Positions 11,221-22,254 of a DNA stretch of 64,000 nt are shown piece by piece. Origin of the DNA: an uncultured Campylobacter sp. GTDB taxonomy: Bacteria; Campylobacterota; Campylobacteria; Campylobacterales; Campylobacteraceae. The position numbers and the translations under genes are program-made. The notes below the pieces were generated by a model, which worked only from the letters and a program-made list of their open reading frames with translations, was not told the origin of the DNA and did not search any database. Numbering within the stretch: position 1 is the first letter of the stretch; each line of letters opens with the position of its first letter. The stretch spans positions 36,011-100,010 of the forward strand of contig NZ_CALHGM010000033.1 of assembly GCF_938030145.1 (NCBI RefSeq). The letters run 5' to 3'.

Positions 11221-12080
11221 AAATTTTAATAATCGAGAGCGAAAGTTATCTCGCCCAAAGTATAGCAAACAAGCTAGGTGCGCTGGGGCATGAATGCACT
11301 AACGCGGCGAGTTTGGCGGCCGCGGCAGCTCTTGCGGAGGAGTTTGAGGCGGTGTTACTTTCTACAAGCTGGAGCGGCGCGAGCTTTTATCCGCTGATCG
11401 AGAAATTTAGGCGCTCGATCATAATTTTGATGGTCGCCTACGTCGATAGCGAAACGGTGCTAAACCCCGTAAAAGCGGGCGCGACGGACTATATCCAAAA
11501 GCCATTTATGATAGAGGAGCTCATCAAAAAGATCGAGCATTACGCGCAGTTTCGCTCGCTAAAATCGCAAAACGAAGCCTACGAGGCGCTGCTTAAAGAG
11601 GCCTCCATTTCGTGCGAGATACCGCACACGCGTTTAGCGCAGATAAAATTTCCGCTTCTTTTGCGCGGCGATGCGGCAGCGCGGGCTGCGGCGGTATTTA
11701 AGATCGCGCTTGCGCTAAAATCGCGCCTTAAAATTCTATCCGCGCAAAGCCCTGAACTGCTAGAACGCGGCGCAGAGATTTTTTACGCACCAGATTTTGA
11801 TAGCCTAAGCGGCGCGCAGAAGGAAAAATTTCTAAGCAAAACCAAATCCATGCGTGTAATCGTCGGATCCATCGGCGCGCAAAAAGGCTTTAGCGACGAA
11901 ATTGCGCTTGACAGCAGCAAAGAACGCAGTGAAATTTTAAGCATTGAAGAATACGTAAAGCTCACGATCGTAGCGCACCAAGACGAGTATTTCGACTCCG
12001 ATCTGGCGGCAGCACTTGGGATTTCTCGAAAATCGCTTTGGGAGAAAAGGAAAAAATATGGCATCGCAAGAAAAAAATAG
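11217..12080 (+). CDS. Atypical response regulator with C-terminal Fis-type HTH (Cj1608-like)
   Basis: Receiver domain (AGATDYIQKPF) and LAAALGISRKSLWEKRKKYG HTH; conserved position after ispDF. Confidence 0.85.
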   Translation: MKILIIESESYLAQSIANKLGALGHECTNAASLAAAAALAEEFEAVLLSTSWSGASFYPLIEKFRRSIIILMVAYVDSETVLNPVKAGATDYIQKPFMIEELIKKIEHYAQFRSLKSQNEAYEALLKEASISCEIPHTRLAQIKFPLLLRGDAAARAAAVFKIALALKSRLKILSAQSPELLERGAEIFYAPDFDSLSGAQKEKFLSKTKSMRVIVGSIGAQKGFSDEIALDSSKERSEILSIEEYVKLTIVAHQDEYFDSDLAAALGISRKSLWEKRKKYGIARKK

Positions 12081-13983
12081 CCGCGCGCGCTCGGTATGGA
12101 TCGCAGACGGAACAGAAATTTCACGCGATACCGGCAATTTAAACGAAATAAAACCGCTTGAAAGTGAAGGAATTTTAAGCGGCACAAAACCTCTAAACAT
12201 CGCAAAAGCTTCGAGCGACGCGGCGCTAAATTTAAAGGCAAAGCAAAATTTAAAAGCATCACGGAACTCAAAAGCAAGACAAAATTCAAAAGCAAAGCGC
12301 GATTTAAAAACGGTGCGGAATTTAGAAGCGTCAAGGGCTGGCGATGCTAGAAAAGACGAGGCGCGAGCTAAGGACGCGGCAAGAAATTTAAAAGCAGAGC
12401 AAGCCGGAAGCGAGAGCAAAGGCGCAAATAATAGCGCAACGCAAATCCGCAAGATAGTGATCTCGCGCTCCGACCTAAACGTCTTGAGCCTGCTCGCAAA
12501 CGGCGCTTTTGGCAAGAGCTGCGAGCTACTGCGCCCAAGCAAGCTAAGTGTATGCGGCATAAATTTCGTTTTTTCCTGCGCGGATGCAAAAAAGGGCGAT
12601 ATTTTAGAGCTTTATCTCCGCAAGGACGGCATAGCTGAACGCGCCAAAAATTCGCTTAGCGGCGAAAGTGGTGCGTATTTGCTAGCTAAAGAATCACGCA
12701 ACTTGCAGGATGGAGTTTCTGCCGCGGCACAAAACGAGCATAATTTTGCGAAAAGCGGCGCAGGTTTCGCGCGCACTGCAAGTACTCAAAGCACTATAAA
12801 CGCCGCGAGCGAGGACTTAGACCATATAGAAAGCCTTGCTGCGAGCTATGATCAAATTTTTACTTGCAGCACAGATGCAAAATCTGAGAAAAACACTACT
12901 TTGGATTCAGCTAAAAGCTCTATTGAAAATTCTGCGGTAAATTCCGCGCAGAGCTTTACCGAAAATTCCGCACTCAATCGCGTTTGCAGCGCAGATGCAA
13001 AATCCGTAGCAAATTCGGCGGGAAATTTTATTTCAAATTCCACCGAAAATTTCATCAAAAATCCCGCTGCAAATCCCGCCTATTGTGAGCTTGTCGCGCG
13101 CATAGACGTTAGCGACGTTTATGCCCCAAGCGCAAGCGAGGTAGCAGACTCAGTATTTCAAAACGCGTACGCAGAGCAAACTGCAGTGCAGGGGCGCATC
13201 ACGCTGCTAAAAAATGAGCTTGCAGAGCAAATCGCGCGCATAAAAAAAGTCGCAAGCTCGCTTGCCGCGCCTAAAATTTCAGCGTTTTTTACCTGCGCCG
13301 ATCCGATCCACCGCGTGCATGAGCGGCTGATTAGGCATATGATCGACAAGGCGGATTTCGTGGTGATTTTTTTAACCGGCACGAATAGCACGGATGCCCT
13401 GCCCTACGAGCTACGCAAAAAAACGCTAAGCTATTTGCTGCAAAATTTTTTGGTTGCGCAACGCGCCATGATGATCGATCTGGGCTCGCTTGCGATTTTT
13501 GACGACAAGCCCGCCCTGCAGTGCGCGATCGCAAAAAATTTAGGTATAAACAAAATAATTTTCGGGCAAAATCATGCGAATATGGAGCTATTTTTCGATG
13601 GAGGCGGCGTGCATTCGGTGCTAGACGAGTATCAAAAGCGCGGCGAAATCGAGATTTTGCTGATGCCCGAATACGTCTATTGCGAGAAGTGTAAGGTGCT
13701 CGTAAGCACCAAAAACTGCCCTCACGGCGCTCATCATCACGTGCATTACCGCACTCAAAATCTAAAAGCACTGCTGCGCGCGGGGATCTTGCCACCCGCG
13801 ATTTTTATGCGTAAAGAGATCTCGGCGATGATTTTAAGCGAGCTCTTTCCCGCGCGGTTTTCAGATCTGCAAAAGCTCTACGACGAGCTTTTTCCAAACA
13901 GCGGGATCTTACAGAGCCACGGCGAGAGCGAGTTTTACGAGCAGCTGATGCAGCTGTATCAAACCAGCGCGCTAAAGACGTAG
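12058..13983 (+). CDS. Sulfate adenylyltransferase-like protein (Cj1609-like) with low-complexity insertions
   Basis: DPIHRVHERL (HxxH), AKNLG...IFGQNH, CEKC...CPHG..H Zn site. Start ATG 12058 after AAGGA overlaps the upstream gene. Confidence 0.8.
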   Translation: MASQEKNSRARSVWIADGTEISRDTGNLNEIKPLESEGILSGTKPLNIAKASSDAALNLKAKQNLKASRNSKARQNSKAKRDLKTVRNLEASRAGDARKDEARAKDAARNLKAEQAGSESKGANNSATQIRKIVISRSDLNVLSLLANGAFGKSCELLRPSKLSVCGINFVFSCADAKKGDILELYLRKDGIAERAKNSLSGESGAYLLAKESRNLQDGVSAAAQNEHNFAKSGAGFARTASTQSTINAASEDLDHIESLAASYDQIFTCSTDAKSEKNTTLDSAKSSIENSAVNSAQSFTENSALNRVCSADAKSVANSAGNFISNSTENFIKNPAANPAYCELVARIDVSDVYAPSASEVADSVFQNAYAEQTAVQGRITLLKNELAEQIARIKKVASSLAAPKISAFFTCADPIHRVHERLIRHMIDKADFVVIFLTGTNSTDALPYELRKKTLSYLLQNFLVAQRAMMIDLGSLAIFDDKPALQCAIAKNLGINKIIFGQNHANMELFFDGGGVHSVLDEYQKRGEIEILLMPEYVYCEKCKVLVSTKNCPHGAHHHVHYRTQNLKALLRAGILPPAIFMRKEISAMILSELFPARFSDLQKLYDELFPNSGILQSHGESEFYEQLMQLYQTSALKT

Positions 13984-14698
13984 CGTTTGAGGGCGCAACG
14001 CAAAAAATGACGTGGAATTTGCGGAAGCTAGGCAGAGGGTAAAATTTCGCGGCGTTAGAATTTACGGCGGCTAGACGTAAAGTAAAATTTCATAGTGCGG
14101 AAAGAAAGGACTGCGCGGAATTTTGTAGAATAAAGAGCGACGGACGCAGATTTGGCGTAAAATTTTGTGGCGTAATGAAGCTAAATTTTTAAAACAAGCG
14201 GTGCGGTAAAACGAGCTTTAAATTTTAAAGCTTCGGCTACGTAGCAAATTTATAACGACGCAATAAAATCGTGCGACGAAGCGGATTTAAAATTTTAAGG
14301 TGCGATGTATATGTAAGGCAGCACGGCAAATCTAAATTTTAAGCTTTCGGCAAGCGAACCTAAAATTTTAAAATTAAGCAGTTGCTGCGAGTTACAGCGC
14401 AAAACTCGGATGCAGCGCAACGACTGCTCGCCCACGCAAAATGCCGTGCGTTTGCGGACGGGTTTGAAAACTCCGCGTGGAGCGAGCAAAATTTTAAAAT
14501 TTTTACGCAAATGAGTAGAAATTTAAAATTCCTACATTAGCGAGCGAAATTTTGTGACGAGCGAGTAGAACTGATTTCGTGTAGGCGGACAAATTAATTC
14601 TACATGCACGAACGAAATTTAAAATTTTCGCACGCGAGCAGATGCCCTAATTAAAATAAGCGGTAAAATTTTAAAAAGCAAAATTTAAAAGGACAATT

Positions 14699-15235
14699 AT
14701 GGATAAAATTTTCGTTACATTTTTCGGCGCGGGGCTACTAAAGCCCGCACCGGGCACCTGGGGCAGCATCGCAGGCTGGATAGTGGGGCTTGCAATCTTG
14801 ATGCTAGCGGGCGAGGTGACGCTGTTTTTGTGCGCCGGTCTCGTCTTTTTCGTCTCGCTTAAGATCGTAAGCGATTACGAAAGGCGGGTAGGCGCGCACG
14901 ATAACAGCGAGATCGTCATCGACGAAGTCGTGGGGGTCTGGATTGCGATGTGCGTCGCCGCGCCCGTAGGCGAAATCTTTTCGCTGCCGCTGCGGGAGCT
15001 GATCGCGGGCTTTGAGAGCAGCAGGATATCGATCGTCGCGATGATTTTAGCGCTGCTGTTTTTCAGGGCGTTTGACATCCGCAAGCCATCGATCATCGGG
15101 CGCGTGGATCGCGACGTACCAGGCGGGCTCGGCGTGATGCTGGATGACGTGCTGGCGGGCTTTTTCGCGGGGCTTGGGGTTTTGATAGTTATCTCTTTAG
15201 GGGTCAAGTTCGGCGCCGCGGGATTGATTTTTTAA
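14699..15235 (+). CDS. pgpA: Phosphatidylglycerophosphatase A
   Basis: APGTWGS, IVIDEVVG, FRAFDIRKP, GGLGVMLDDVLAG. Confidence 0.93.
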   Translation: MDKIFVTFFGAGLLKPAPGTWGSIAGWIVGLAILMLAGEVTLFLCAGLVFFVSLKIVSDYERRVGAHDNSEIVIDEVVGVWIAMCVAAPVGEIFSLPLRELIAGFESSRISIVAMILALLFFRAFDIRKPSIIGRVDRDVPGGLGVMLDDVLAGFFAGLGVLIVISLGVKFGAAGLIF

Positions 15236-15779
15236 GCTTTTTGGATGTGCTCATGGCAAACACAGCGCGATTACGAGCACTATCAAGCACCGAAATTTTA
15301 AAAACCGTATCCTGAGCGCGGCTTATGAAATTAGTGCAAATTTTAACTTCTGAGGCGTGAGCCCGCTTGAAATTTAAAATTTAAGCGGTGTTTATTCGCG
15401 TAGCCTGCAAATAAAGCAAACGTAAAATTTTAAAATTTTGCACGAGTCGCGATAAAATTTGCGTGGCCTTAAATTTTAAATTTCGCAGCTTGCAGAATTC
15501 TACGGCGTAAAAATTTTAAGACGCAAATTTTAGGGCATGCGCAGTTGCGATACAGAATTTCGTAGCAAGAATTTTTACAGTCTGACGGCGCAAAATTTCT
15601 ACGATATAGAATTTTAAAACAAAGCGACAGGCGCAGCTCGCGCGTAAAATTTTAAAATTTATCGCTAATCGCAGGCAGTCTAGCAGGGCGTACTATTAAA
15701 TTTTCAGCAATATTTATGGTTTTTCTTGTAGCATTGCCGCAAATGCGGGTATCGGCGCAAAAATTTAAAGGAACGAAAA

Positions 15780-16502
15780 ATGCAAAAGAGCGCGATTGAG
15801 ATACGTGGCGTTCCCGCCGCCGTTTGGAGGAACCGCTCGGAAAAGGTTTATATCTACGCTCACGGGCAATGCGGAAGCAAAGATGATGCGGAGCTTTTGG
15901 CTTCCGTCGTTTGCGAGCAAGGCCGGCAGGTTATTAGCTTTGACCTGCCCGGGCACGGACAGAGGCGGCACGAGCCCGCTTCTTGCGAGTCTATTTTTTA
16001 TGATCCGAGGCACACTATTTTTGAATTTCACGAAATTTTATCGTATGCAAAGAAGCGCTGGGACGAGATCGCGCTGTTTGCCGTTAGCCTAGGGGCATGG
16101 CTCGACCTGCAAAGCTTTCGCGACAAAAAGCTTAGCGACTGCCTCTTCGTCTCGCCGATACTTGATATGAAATACGTTATTTCAAATATAATGCGCAGGG
16201 CTGGCGTTAGCGAGGAGCGATTGAAGCAAGAGCGGATGATTTTGACCCCTGTCGGGCAACCGCTTTTTTGGGAATATTGGAGTTTTGTTTTGAACAATCC
16301 GATCACAAAATGGAAAACGCCCAGTAGAATTCTATACGCAGAAAACGACGATATGATGCCTCTTTGTATCGTTAGAAATTTCGCGCAGAAGTTCGACTGC
16401 GACTTAAGCGTTATGAAAAACGGCGAGCATTGGTTCCATACGCCGCAGCAGTTAGATTATTTACGCAGATGGATCAAATCGGCGGTTGAGAATCGGCGAT
16501 AA
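15780..16502 (+). CDS. Alpha/beta hydrolase
   Basis: HG, FDLPGHG, AVSLG nucleophile elbow, END, GEHWFH. Confidence 0.85.
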   Translation: MQKSAIEIRGVPAAVWRNRSEKVYIYAHGQCGSKDDAELLASVVCEQGRQVISFDLPGHGQRRHEPASCESIFYDPRHTIFEFHEILSYAKKRWDEIALFAVSLGAWLDLQSFRDKKLSDCLFVSPILDMKYVISNIMRRAGVSEERLKQERMILTPVGQPLFWEYWSFVLNNPITKWKTPSRILYAENDDMMPLCIVRNFAQKFDCDLSVMKNGEHWFHTPQQLDYLRRWIKSAVENRR

Positions 16503-16979
16503 AATTCTATGAGAGATTTTAAAACTCACACCCAAGCCCGCGCCGATGAAATTTCGCGCATTTTCGGGGTGCGAATTTCATAAATTTAAGATAATCTTGA
16601 TATTTTGCTTTAATACGCTTGTTTTATAAGGCGCTTTTGCAGATCCAGCCACAGCTCTCATCGCTGTCACGCGAGGGGCATAGCTTCAAAGCACCCATCT
16701 CATAAATTTAACCGCAATGGCATAAATCACGACCGATATGAATTGCAAACTAAAATATGATTAAAATTTAACCGATAGGCTGTCAATACAAATGCGAAAA
16801 TGCCGATTTTAAAGCTAAATTTTAAAAAAATACCTATAAAGATGAATTCTTGAGACTTAGCATGTTTTTGGCACGAGGTGCGAGCCGACGCACGGCTACG
16901 CACTTCACTAGTACTATCGCGCTTATGCTGCACGGATGCTTTACGAATCCATAGCAGTAGCGCGATTAAATTTTAAAAA

Positions 16980-17447
16980 TTATTTGCCTATCCTAAAGCC
17001 ATTTAGCTTCATATAGGTCGTATCTTTATGAAATGCTTCGCAGCGCTCCCTGTTGCGGTTGATGTTTTCGGTTGTGAAGAAATAGCCATCACTATCTTGA
17101 CGCAAGGTGATCGTCGCGCAAAAGATCATATCGTTTTTGAGTTTCGGTCCTACGCCATAGGTAAAGCTTTGATTGACTGCTAAGCTACGTGCCAGATCGC
17201 TATCACTAAACTGCCTGGAGCCCGTCATACTCTTTAGCTCGCGAAAATTTCCTTGATTTAAGTAGTCGCGTTGTATATCTTTAAATACACCTTCAAGCTC
17301 GACTGCATAAGCTTTTACTAAAACCTCATCCTTAGCACCATTTAATTTAGGATATATTATTTTTACTATCACGAAGATTATAATAGCTAAAAATATTATC
17401 CCACTTACGCCGCCGCCTACTGCCGCACCTTTTCTCATTTTCATCAT
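16980..17447 (-). CDS. Pilin/pseudopilin-like single-TM protein
   Basis: MRKG then a long hydrophobic helix ending in PKL; C-terminal Cys pair; lacks the canonical F-T-L-I-E motif. Confidence 0.5.
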   Translation of the reverse strand: MMKMRKGAAVGGGVSGIIFLAIIIFVIVKIIYPKLNGAKDEVLVKAYAVELEGVFKDIQRDYLNQGNFRELKSMTGSRQFSDSDLARSLAVNQSFTYGVGPKLKNDMIFCATITLRQDSDGYFFTTENINRNRERCEAFHKDTTYMKLNGFRIGK

Positions 17448-17680
17448 TTTACTCCTTCGTCGATGTCCTTTACCAAGGCATCTATTTTTTTATTAAGCAT
17501 AAAATTTTCATAGCTTTTTTGGATATAGGCTTCAAGCAGTTCGCCCGCATCCAAATGATCGCTGCCGCGAGTTAAAATCCGCCAGTCCCTGCCGAAGACC
17601 TTCGCAAAGTCATCATCCAGGCTTATCGCGTATTTTTTCGTCAAAGACTTACTCGTCAGCTGAACTGAAATTTCTTTCAT
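17444..17680 (-). CDS. Small hypothetical protein, ZapA-like
   Basis: Short beta-beta-helix plus coiled coil, coupled to the upstream coiled-coil gene. Confidence 0.5.
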   Translation of the reverse strand: MKEISVQLTSKSLTKKYAISLDDDFAKVFGRDWRILTRGSDHLDAGELLEAYIQKSYENFMLNKKIDALVKDIDEGVK

Positions 17681-17937
17681 TTCTCGCCTAAATTATCGCC
17701 TGCCAAAATATCGTCGATCTGCTTGCTTAGATCCTCATCACTCATCTTGCGATACGCCAGATCGTTTTCAAGCGTGCCAAGCTGCATTCCCAAAGCCTCG
17801 TTTTGCGCCTTGACCGTCGCTAGCTCGGTGCGTAGCTTTTCGTTTTCGTCTCTAGCCTCGCTATAACGTCTAATCAGCTCAGCTACTTTATTGCTTAAGC
17901 CCTCGACCTTTTTCTCTTCGTCAAAGATTGATTCCAT
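17677..17937 (-). CDS. Coiled-coil protein, ZapB-like
   Basis: Heptad pattern LSNKVAELIRRY...ENEKLRTEL. Confidence 0.55.
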   Translation of the reverse strand: MESIFDEEKKVEGLSNKVAELIRRYSEARDENEKLRTELATVKAQNEALGMQLGTLENDLAYRKMSDEDLSKQIDDILAGDNLGEK

Positions 17938-17951
17938 TATTTCGCCTTTTC

Positions 17952-17960
17952 TGATATAAT
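17952..17960 (+). promoter_or_regulatory. Extended -10 promoter of uvrB
   Basis: TGATATAAT matches TGnTATAAT. Confidence 0.6.
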
Positions 17961-18006
17961 TTAAATGAAGATATTACCCAATTTTGGCTTTAAAAAAGGA
18001 AAAATT

Positions 18007-19983
18007 TTGCAAAATTTTAAAATCGAGAGCAAATTCTCTCCGAGCGAGGATCAAGAAAAAGCGATCGAAGGCATCGTCGCGGGCTTTCAAAGCGGCAACA
18101 AATACCAAACTCTTCTCGGCGTTACCGGCTCGGGTAAAACATTTACTATGGCAAATATCATCAAGCGCCTTGGAATTCCCGCACTCGTAATGACGCATAA
18201 CAAATCCCTCGCGGCGCAGCTTTATAGCGAATTTAAGGGATTTTTCCCGCAAAATCACGTCGAGTATTTCATCAGCTACTACGATTATTATCAGCCCGAG
18301 GCCTACATCCCCAGGCAGGATCTTTTCATCGAAAAGGACAGCGACGTAAATGCTGAGCTCGAGCGCTTACGGCTAAGCGCCACTGCAAGCCTGCTAAGCT
18401 TTGATGATGTCATCACCGTGGCGTCGGTTTCGGCAAACTACGGCCTGGGCGATCCCGCCGAATACAAAGGCATGGTGCTGTTTTTCGAGATCGGATCAAA
18501 ATTTAGCACTAAATTTTTACTTCGTAAGCTCGTCGATATGGGCTACAAACGCAACGACGATTTTTTTGATCGCGGGAATTTTCGCGTAAACGGCGACGTG
18601 ATCGACATCTATCCCGCGTATTTTAACGACGAGGCGTTTAGGATCGAGTTTTTCGGCGACGAGATAGAGGCGATGTATCATCTGGACGTGCTCGAAAACA
18701 AAAAGACGCAAAGCGTCAAAAAATTTATTCTCTACCCGACGAGCCAGTTCATCGTGGGCGAGCAGCGCCTAAAATCGACGATCAAAGGAATCGAGGAGGA
18801 GCTTGAGCAGAGACTAAAATTTTTCGAGGACGCGGGCAAGCTCGTAGAGGCGCAGCGGCTGAAAGGGCGAGTGGAATTTGACCTTGAGATGCTAGGCGCT
18901 ACGGGGATGTGCAAGGGGATTGAAAACTACGCGCGCTATCTGACCGGCCAAAAGCCAGGCGAGACGCCCTATTCGCTCTTTGATTACTACGAGAGCAAGG
19001 GCAAGGACTACCTCGTCATCGTCGATGAAAGCCACGTGAGCTTGCCGCAGTTTCGCGGGATGTTCGCAGGAGATCGCAGCCGCAAAGAAACGCTCGTAGA
19101 ATACGGCTTTCGCCTGCCTAGTGCACTTGATAATCGTCCGCTGATGTTTGATGAGTTTATCAATAAAAAAGCTAAATTTCTATTCGTCTCCGCAACGCCA
19201 AATGATTACGAGCTGAATCTTAGCCGCGGAGCGGTATATGAGCAGATACTGCGCCCGACGGGACTACTCGATCCGCAGATTATCTTAAAAGACAGCGACA
19301 ACCAGGTCGAAATTTTACACGATATGGCAAAGGAGGTCATCGCACGCGGTGAGCGAATCTTAGTGACCGTGCTAACCAAAAAGATGGCGGAGGAGTTGAG
19401 CAAATACTATTTGGAGCTTGGGCTTAAGGTCAAATATATGCACTCGGACATCGATGCGATCGAGCGCAACGAGCTGATCCGCGGCCTTCGCAGCGGCGAA
19501 TACGATATGCTAATCGGTATAAATCTGCTCCGCGAGGGGCTCGATCTGCCCGAAGTAAGCCTTATCGCGATCATGGATGCCGATAAGGAGGGCTTTTTGC
19601 GCTCGCGCACGAGCCTCATTCAGACGATGGGGCGAGCCGCGCGAAATGTGCACGGGCAGGTCGTGATGTTTTGCAAAAAGATCACCGCCTCGATGCAAGA
19701 GGCGATCGACATCACCCAAAAACGCCGCAAATTTCAAGATGAATACAACCGCGCCCACGGCATAACCCCGCATTCTGCGAGCCGCAATATCGAAGAGAGC
19801 CTAAAGATCGAGGACGGCACCGAAATTTTAAGAAAGGGCGCAAATTTAGAGAAGATGCCCGCCGCCGAGCGCGCTAAGATCGTAAAGGAGCTTCGCAAGC
19901 AGATGCTCGATGCCGCGGCGGCGCTGGAGTTTGAAAAGGCCGCTGCGCTGCGCGATGAGATCGCGAAGCTTAGGAAGCTGTAA
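18007..19983 (+). CDS. uvrB: Excinuclease ABC subunit B
   Basis: [33 protein letters not shown]-terminal UVR domain. TTG start at 18007 after AAGGA is preferred over ATG 17965. Confidence 0.97.
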   Translation: MQNFKIESKFSPSEDQEKAIEGIVAGFQSGNKYQTLLGVTGSGKTFTMANIIKRLGIPALVMTHNKSLAAQLYSEFKGFFPQNHVEYFISYYDYYQPEAYIPRQDLFIEKDSDVNAELERLRLSATASLLSFDDVITVASVSANYGLGDPAEYKGMVLFFEIGSKFSTKFLLRKLVDMGYKRNDDFFDRGNFRVNGDVIDIYPAYFNDEAFRIEFFGDEIEAMYHLDVLENKKTQSVKKFILYPTSQFIVGEQRLKSTIKGIEEELEQRLKFFEDAGKLVEAQRLKGRVEFDLEMLGATGMCKGIENYARYLTGQKPGETPYSLFDYYESKGKDYLVIVDESHVSLPQFRGMFAGDRSRKETLVEYGFRLPSALDNRPLMFDEFINKKAKFLFVSATPNDYELNLSRGAVYEQILRPTGLLDPQIILKDSDNQVEILHDMAKEVIARGERILVTVLTKKMAEELSKYYLELGLKVKYMHSDIDAIERNELIRGLRSGEYDMLIGINLLREGLDLPEVSLIAIMDADKEGFLRSRTSLIQTMGRAARNVHGQVVMFCKKITASMQEAIDITQKRRKFQDEYNRAHGITPHSASRNIEESLKIEDGTEILRKGANLEKMPAAERAKIVKELRKQMLDAAAALEFEKAAALRDEIAKLRKL

Positions 19984-20923
19984 ATCGCGAGACTAGAAAC
20001 GCCCTGAAATTTCGTCGTGAAATTTGCGCGTTAAATTCCACTTGGCGGAGCATGAAATTCGCGCGCCAAATACAGAGCGAAATTTACGCTCTAAATACCG
20101 TCAGACAGAGCATGAAATTTACGTGATCTGCGCGCTAAATGTCGCAAAACGAAGCGTAAATTTTGGCGCGAAATTCTACGAGAGCGGTTTTAAAATTTGC
20201 TCGTTAAATTTAAGATGGCTTGCACGCGAAATTTATAGATCGATTCTCTCGCTAAATTTGCACTCCGCGCCCCTGCTGCGCCGAACGCGCGATCCGTAAA
20301 TCTACGCACCGAGCTTTTTGCTCTCGCCAGATTTCTTATCCGTAAATTTATACAAGAAATTTGCGCGCCGAGCTTTTGATTTCAACTCGCTTTCGACCCG
20401 CAACTTGCGAGCTCGATTTGCGGCAGCCCGCACTACCCTACTCTATACCGCCGCACGCCTTTACGCTTTTTTCTCGCTTTTTTGCATCTCTCCGCACCTA
20501 TCTTCGACTTTTTCCCGCGCGCGCCCTGCGTTTAAATTCTGTAGCTTCGCTCACTCAATCCGTAGCGGCTATGAGCGGATATGCGCCCAGACGCCGAGTT
20601 TGTGCGCGCTTTTTACGCGTCATTGTGCGCGGATACTTTCAAAACTTTACGTAGAATTCCAGCCTACCCGCACCTACATTCGCACTGCAGTCATAAGCGC
20701 TCGCTTTTAAGGGTACGAACGAAGTATTTGCGCGACACGGCGTGGGAAATGAAATTTAGACGCCGCCTTGTCAAAGCGTGTCTTCGCCGCTGCAGTGCGC
20801 CACAAAATTTCAAAACGACAACGAGCCGCGATTAAATTTATCCACAGGAGCGCGCCATAGTGTGCCGCTATACGCGCTGCGTAAATTTTAAAATCGCCTC
20901 TAAATTTAAAATTTTATCCGCGG

Positions 20924-21376
20924 TTAATACTCCCCGCAAAGCTCTAAATTTTCCACGCGCAGCGGTCTTTCGCCCTCGAAAATCACCCCAATGCCAAAAG
21001 GCTCGAAAATATCAAGCGCGCCCTCGGCAAATCTCAGCAGCCACTGCGTATCGCGTGCGTAAAACGTGCATTGCGGCAGCCCAAACGGCAGATCGCAAAC
21101 GGGCATGTCAAGCAGCCTAAGCTCATCCTCGCCCAAACGATACTCGCGTCTAAGCTCGTCTCGCAGGAAGACAAGAGCGTCTTTTATGTGCCGATCGATA
21201 TCCCAGGCGTCGCTGCGCGAGCAAGACCCCACATCGTCCACATCCGCCGTATCTGCAGACACGAGACAAAACGGTACCTCGCTAGAGCTTTCGCTTTTTA
21301 GCTCTGCGTACCAAATAAAGCCCTCCTCCGTCGCGACTTTTTCAAGATCGTCAAATTTCCAAGCCATTTTTTGCAT
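20924..21376 (-). CDS. Acidic hypothetical protein
   Basis: 150-aa ORF with GAGGCGGA upstream and protein-like composition. Confidence 0.65.
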   Translation of the reverse strand: MQKMAWKFDDLEKVATEEGFIWYAELKSESSSEVPFCLVSADTADVDDVGSCSRSDAWDIDRHIKDALVFLRDELRREYRLGEDELRLLDMPVCDLPFGLPQCTFYARDTQWLLRFAEGALDIFEPFGIGVIFEGERPLRVENLELCGEY

Positions 21377-21816
21377 TTTATTTCCGCCTCATATTTTCGC
21401 TCATCTTTTAAAATTTTGATGCCGCGCCCGTTTTTGCGCGCCGTGTTTAAATCCGCCGCCGAAATAGAATCCCGCTCGCTTCTTAAGCGGACGAGCAATG
21501 ATAACGAAGTAGATTGCTTTTAAATTTTAAAATTTTAATGCAAGCCGCTTTAAATTTAAAATTTCAAAAAACCCGCCGCTTGTCTGTCGTGAGCGGAGAT
21601 GAAATTTTAACTCCGCGTCTTATGGCGAGATTTTAAAATTTTACCTCGCCGCGGGGATAGCGCCGTAAAATTTCACGGCGAAATTTCAAGCTGAAATTCT
21701 AACTCAAAATTCCACGCCCGTAGCACAGAATTTAAAGCCCGAAAAATTCCATCGCGGCGACTTAGAATTTTACTCGCTAAATTTTATAAATTTTGCGCGC
21801 TTTTAAATCCGCAAAT

Positions 21817-22230
21817 TTAATACGCCTTTACGAGCCGTAAATTTTTTAGGTATATGACGCCGTCAAAAACGCCGCCTCCATTCGGCGCAGGCCAAGAAAT
21901 GGCAATTCTTTTCGGCTCCTCGTCGTATTTGGGCTCGCAATAATTCTTTGAGCAGTCTATTTTAAATACCTCTTTATCGTTGCTATCGAAATCCGTCTGA
22001 GTAGAATCTTTAGGAATTTCCAGCGTGTGGATTATACGATACGGCTCGCCCTCTTTTGTGCGGGCGGACATTATTTTTATTAGCGTGTCTGTGCTGCCGT
22101 CCGAGGTCCTATAGACCCCGTCTTGCCCCAAGCCCGCCAGCTCGAATTTTTTCTCCTTGCTATAAAACGCCGAGATTATGGAGCAGCCGCTTAAAAGCAA
22201 AGCTGCCGCAAATAACGCAAACGCTCTCAT
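21817..22230 (-). CDS. Lipoprotein, unknown function
   Basis: Lipobox LLSGC, RBS AGGAGG. Confidence 0.8.
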   Translation of the reverse strand: MRAFALFAAALLLSGCSIISAFYSKEKKFELAGLGQDGVYRTSDGSTDTLIKIMSARTKEGEPYRIIHTLEIPKDSTQTDFDSNDKEVFKIDCSKNYCEPKYDEEPKRIAISWPAPNGGGVFDGVIYLKNLRLVKAY

Positions 22231-22254
22231 CTTTCCTCCTTAAGTCGGTTAAAT

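Noticed and set aside
11783..12560. Long antisense ORFs (183 and 207 aa)
   Set aside because: Shadows of the repeat-rich sense genes, with no motifs.
16500..16980. 6S RNA downstream of the zapB/zapA-like genes
   Set aside because: No convincing long hairpin with central bubble; a pilin-like gene intervenes.
20024..20860. Several 84-130 aa ORFs after uvrB
   Set aside because: Overlapping, no RBS, composition dictated by spacer repeats; probably non-coding.
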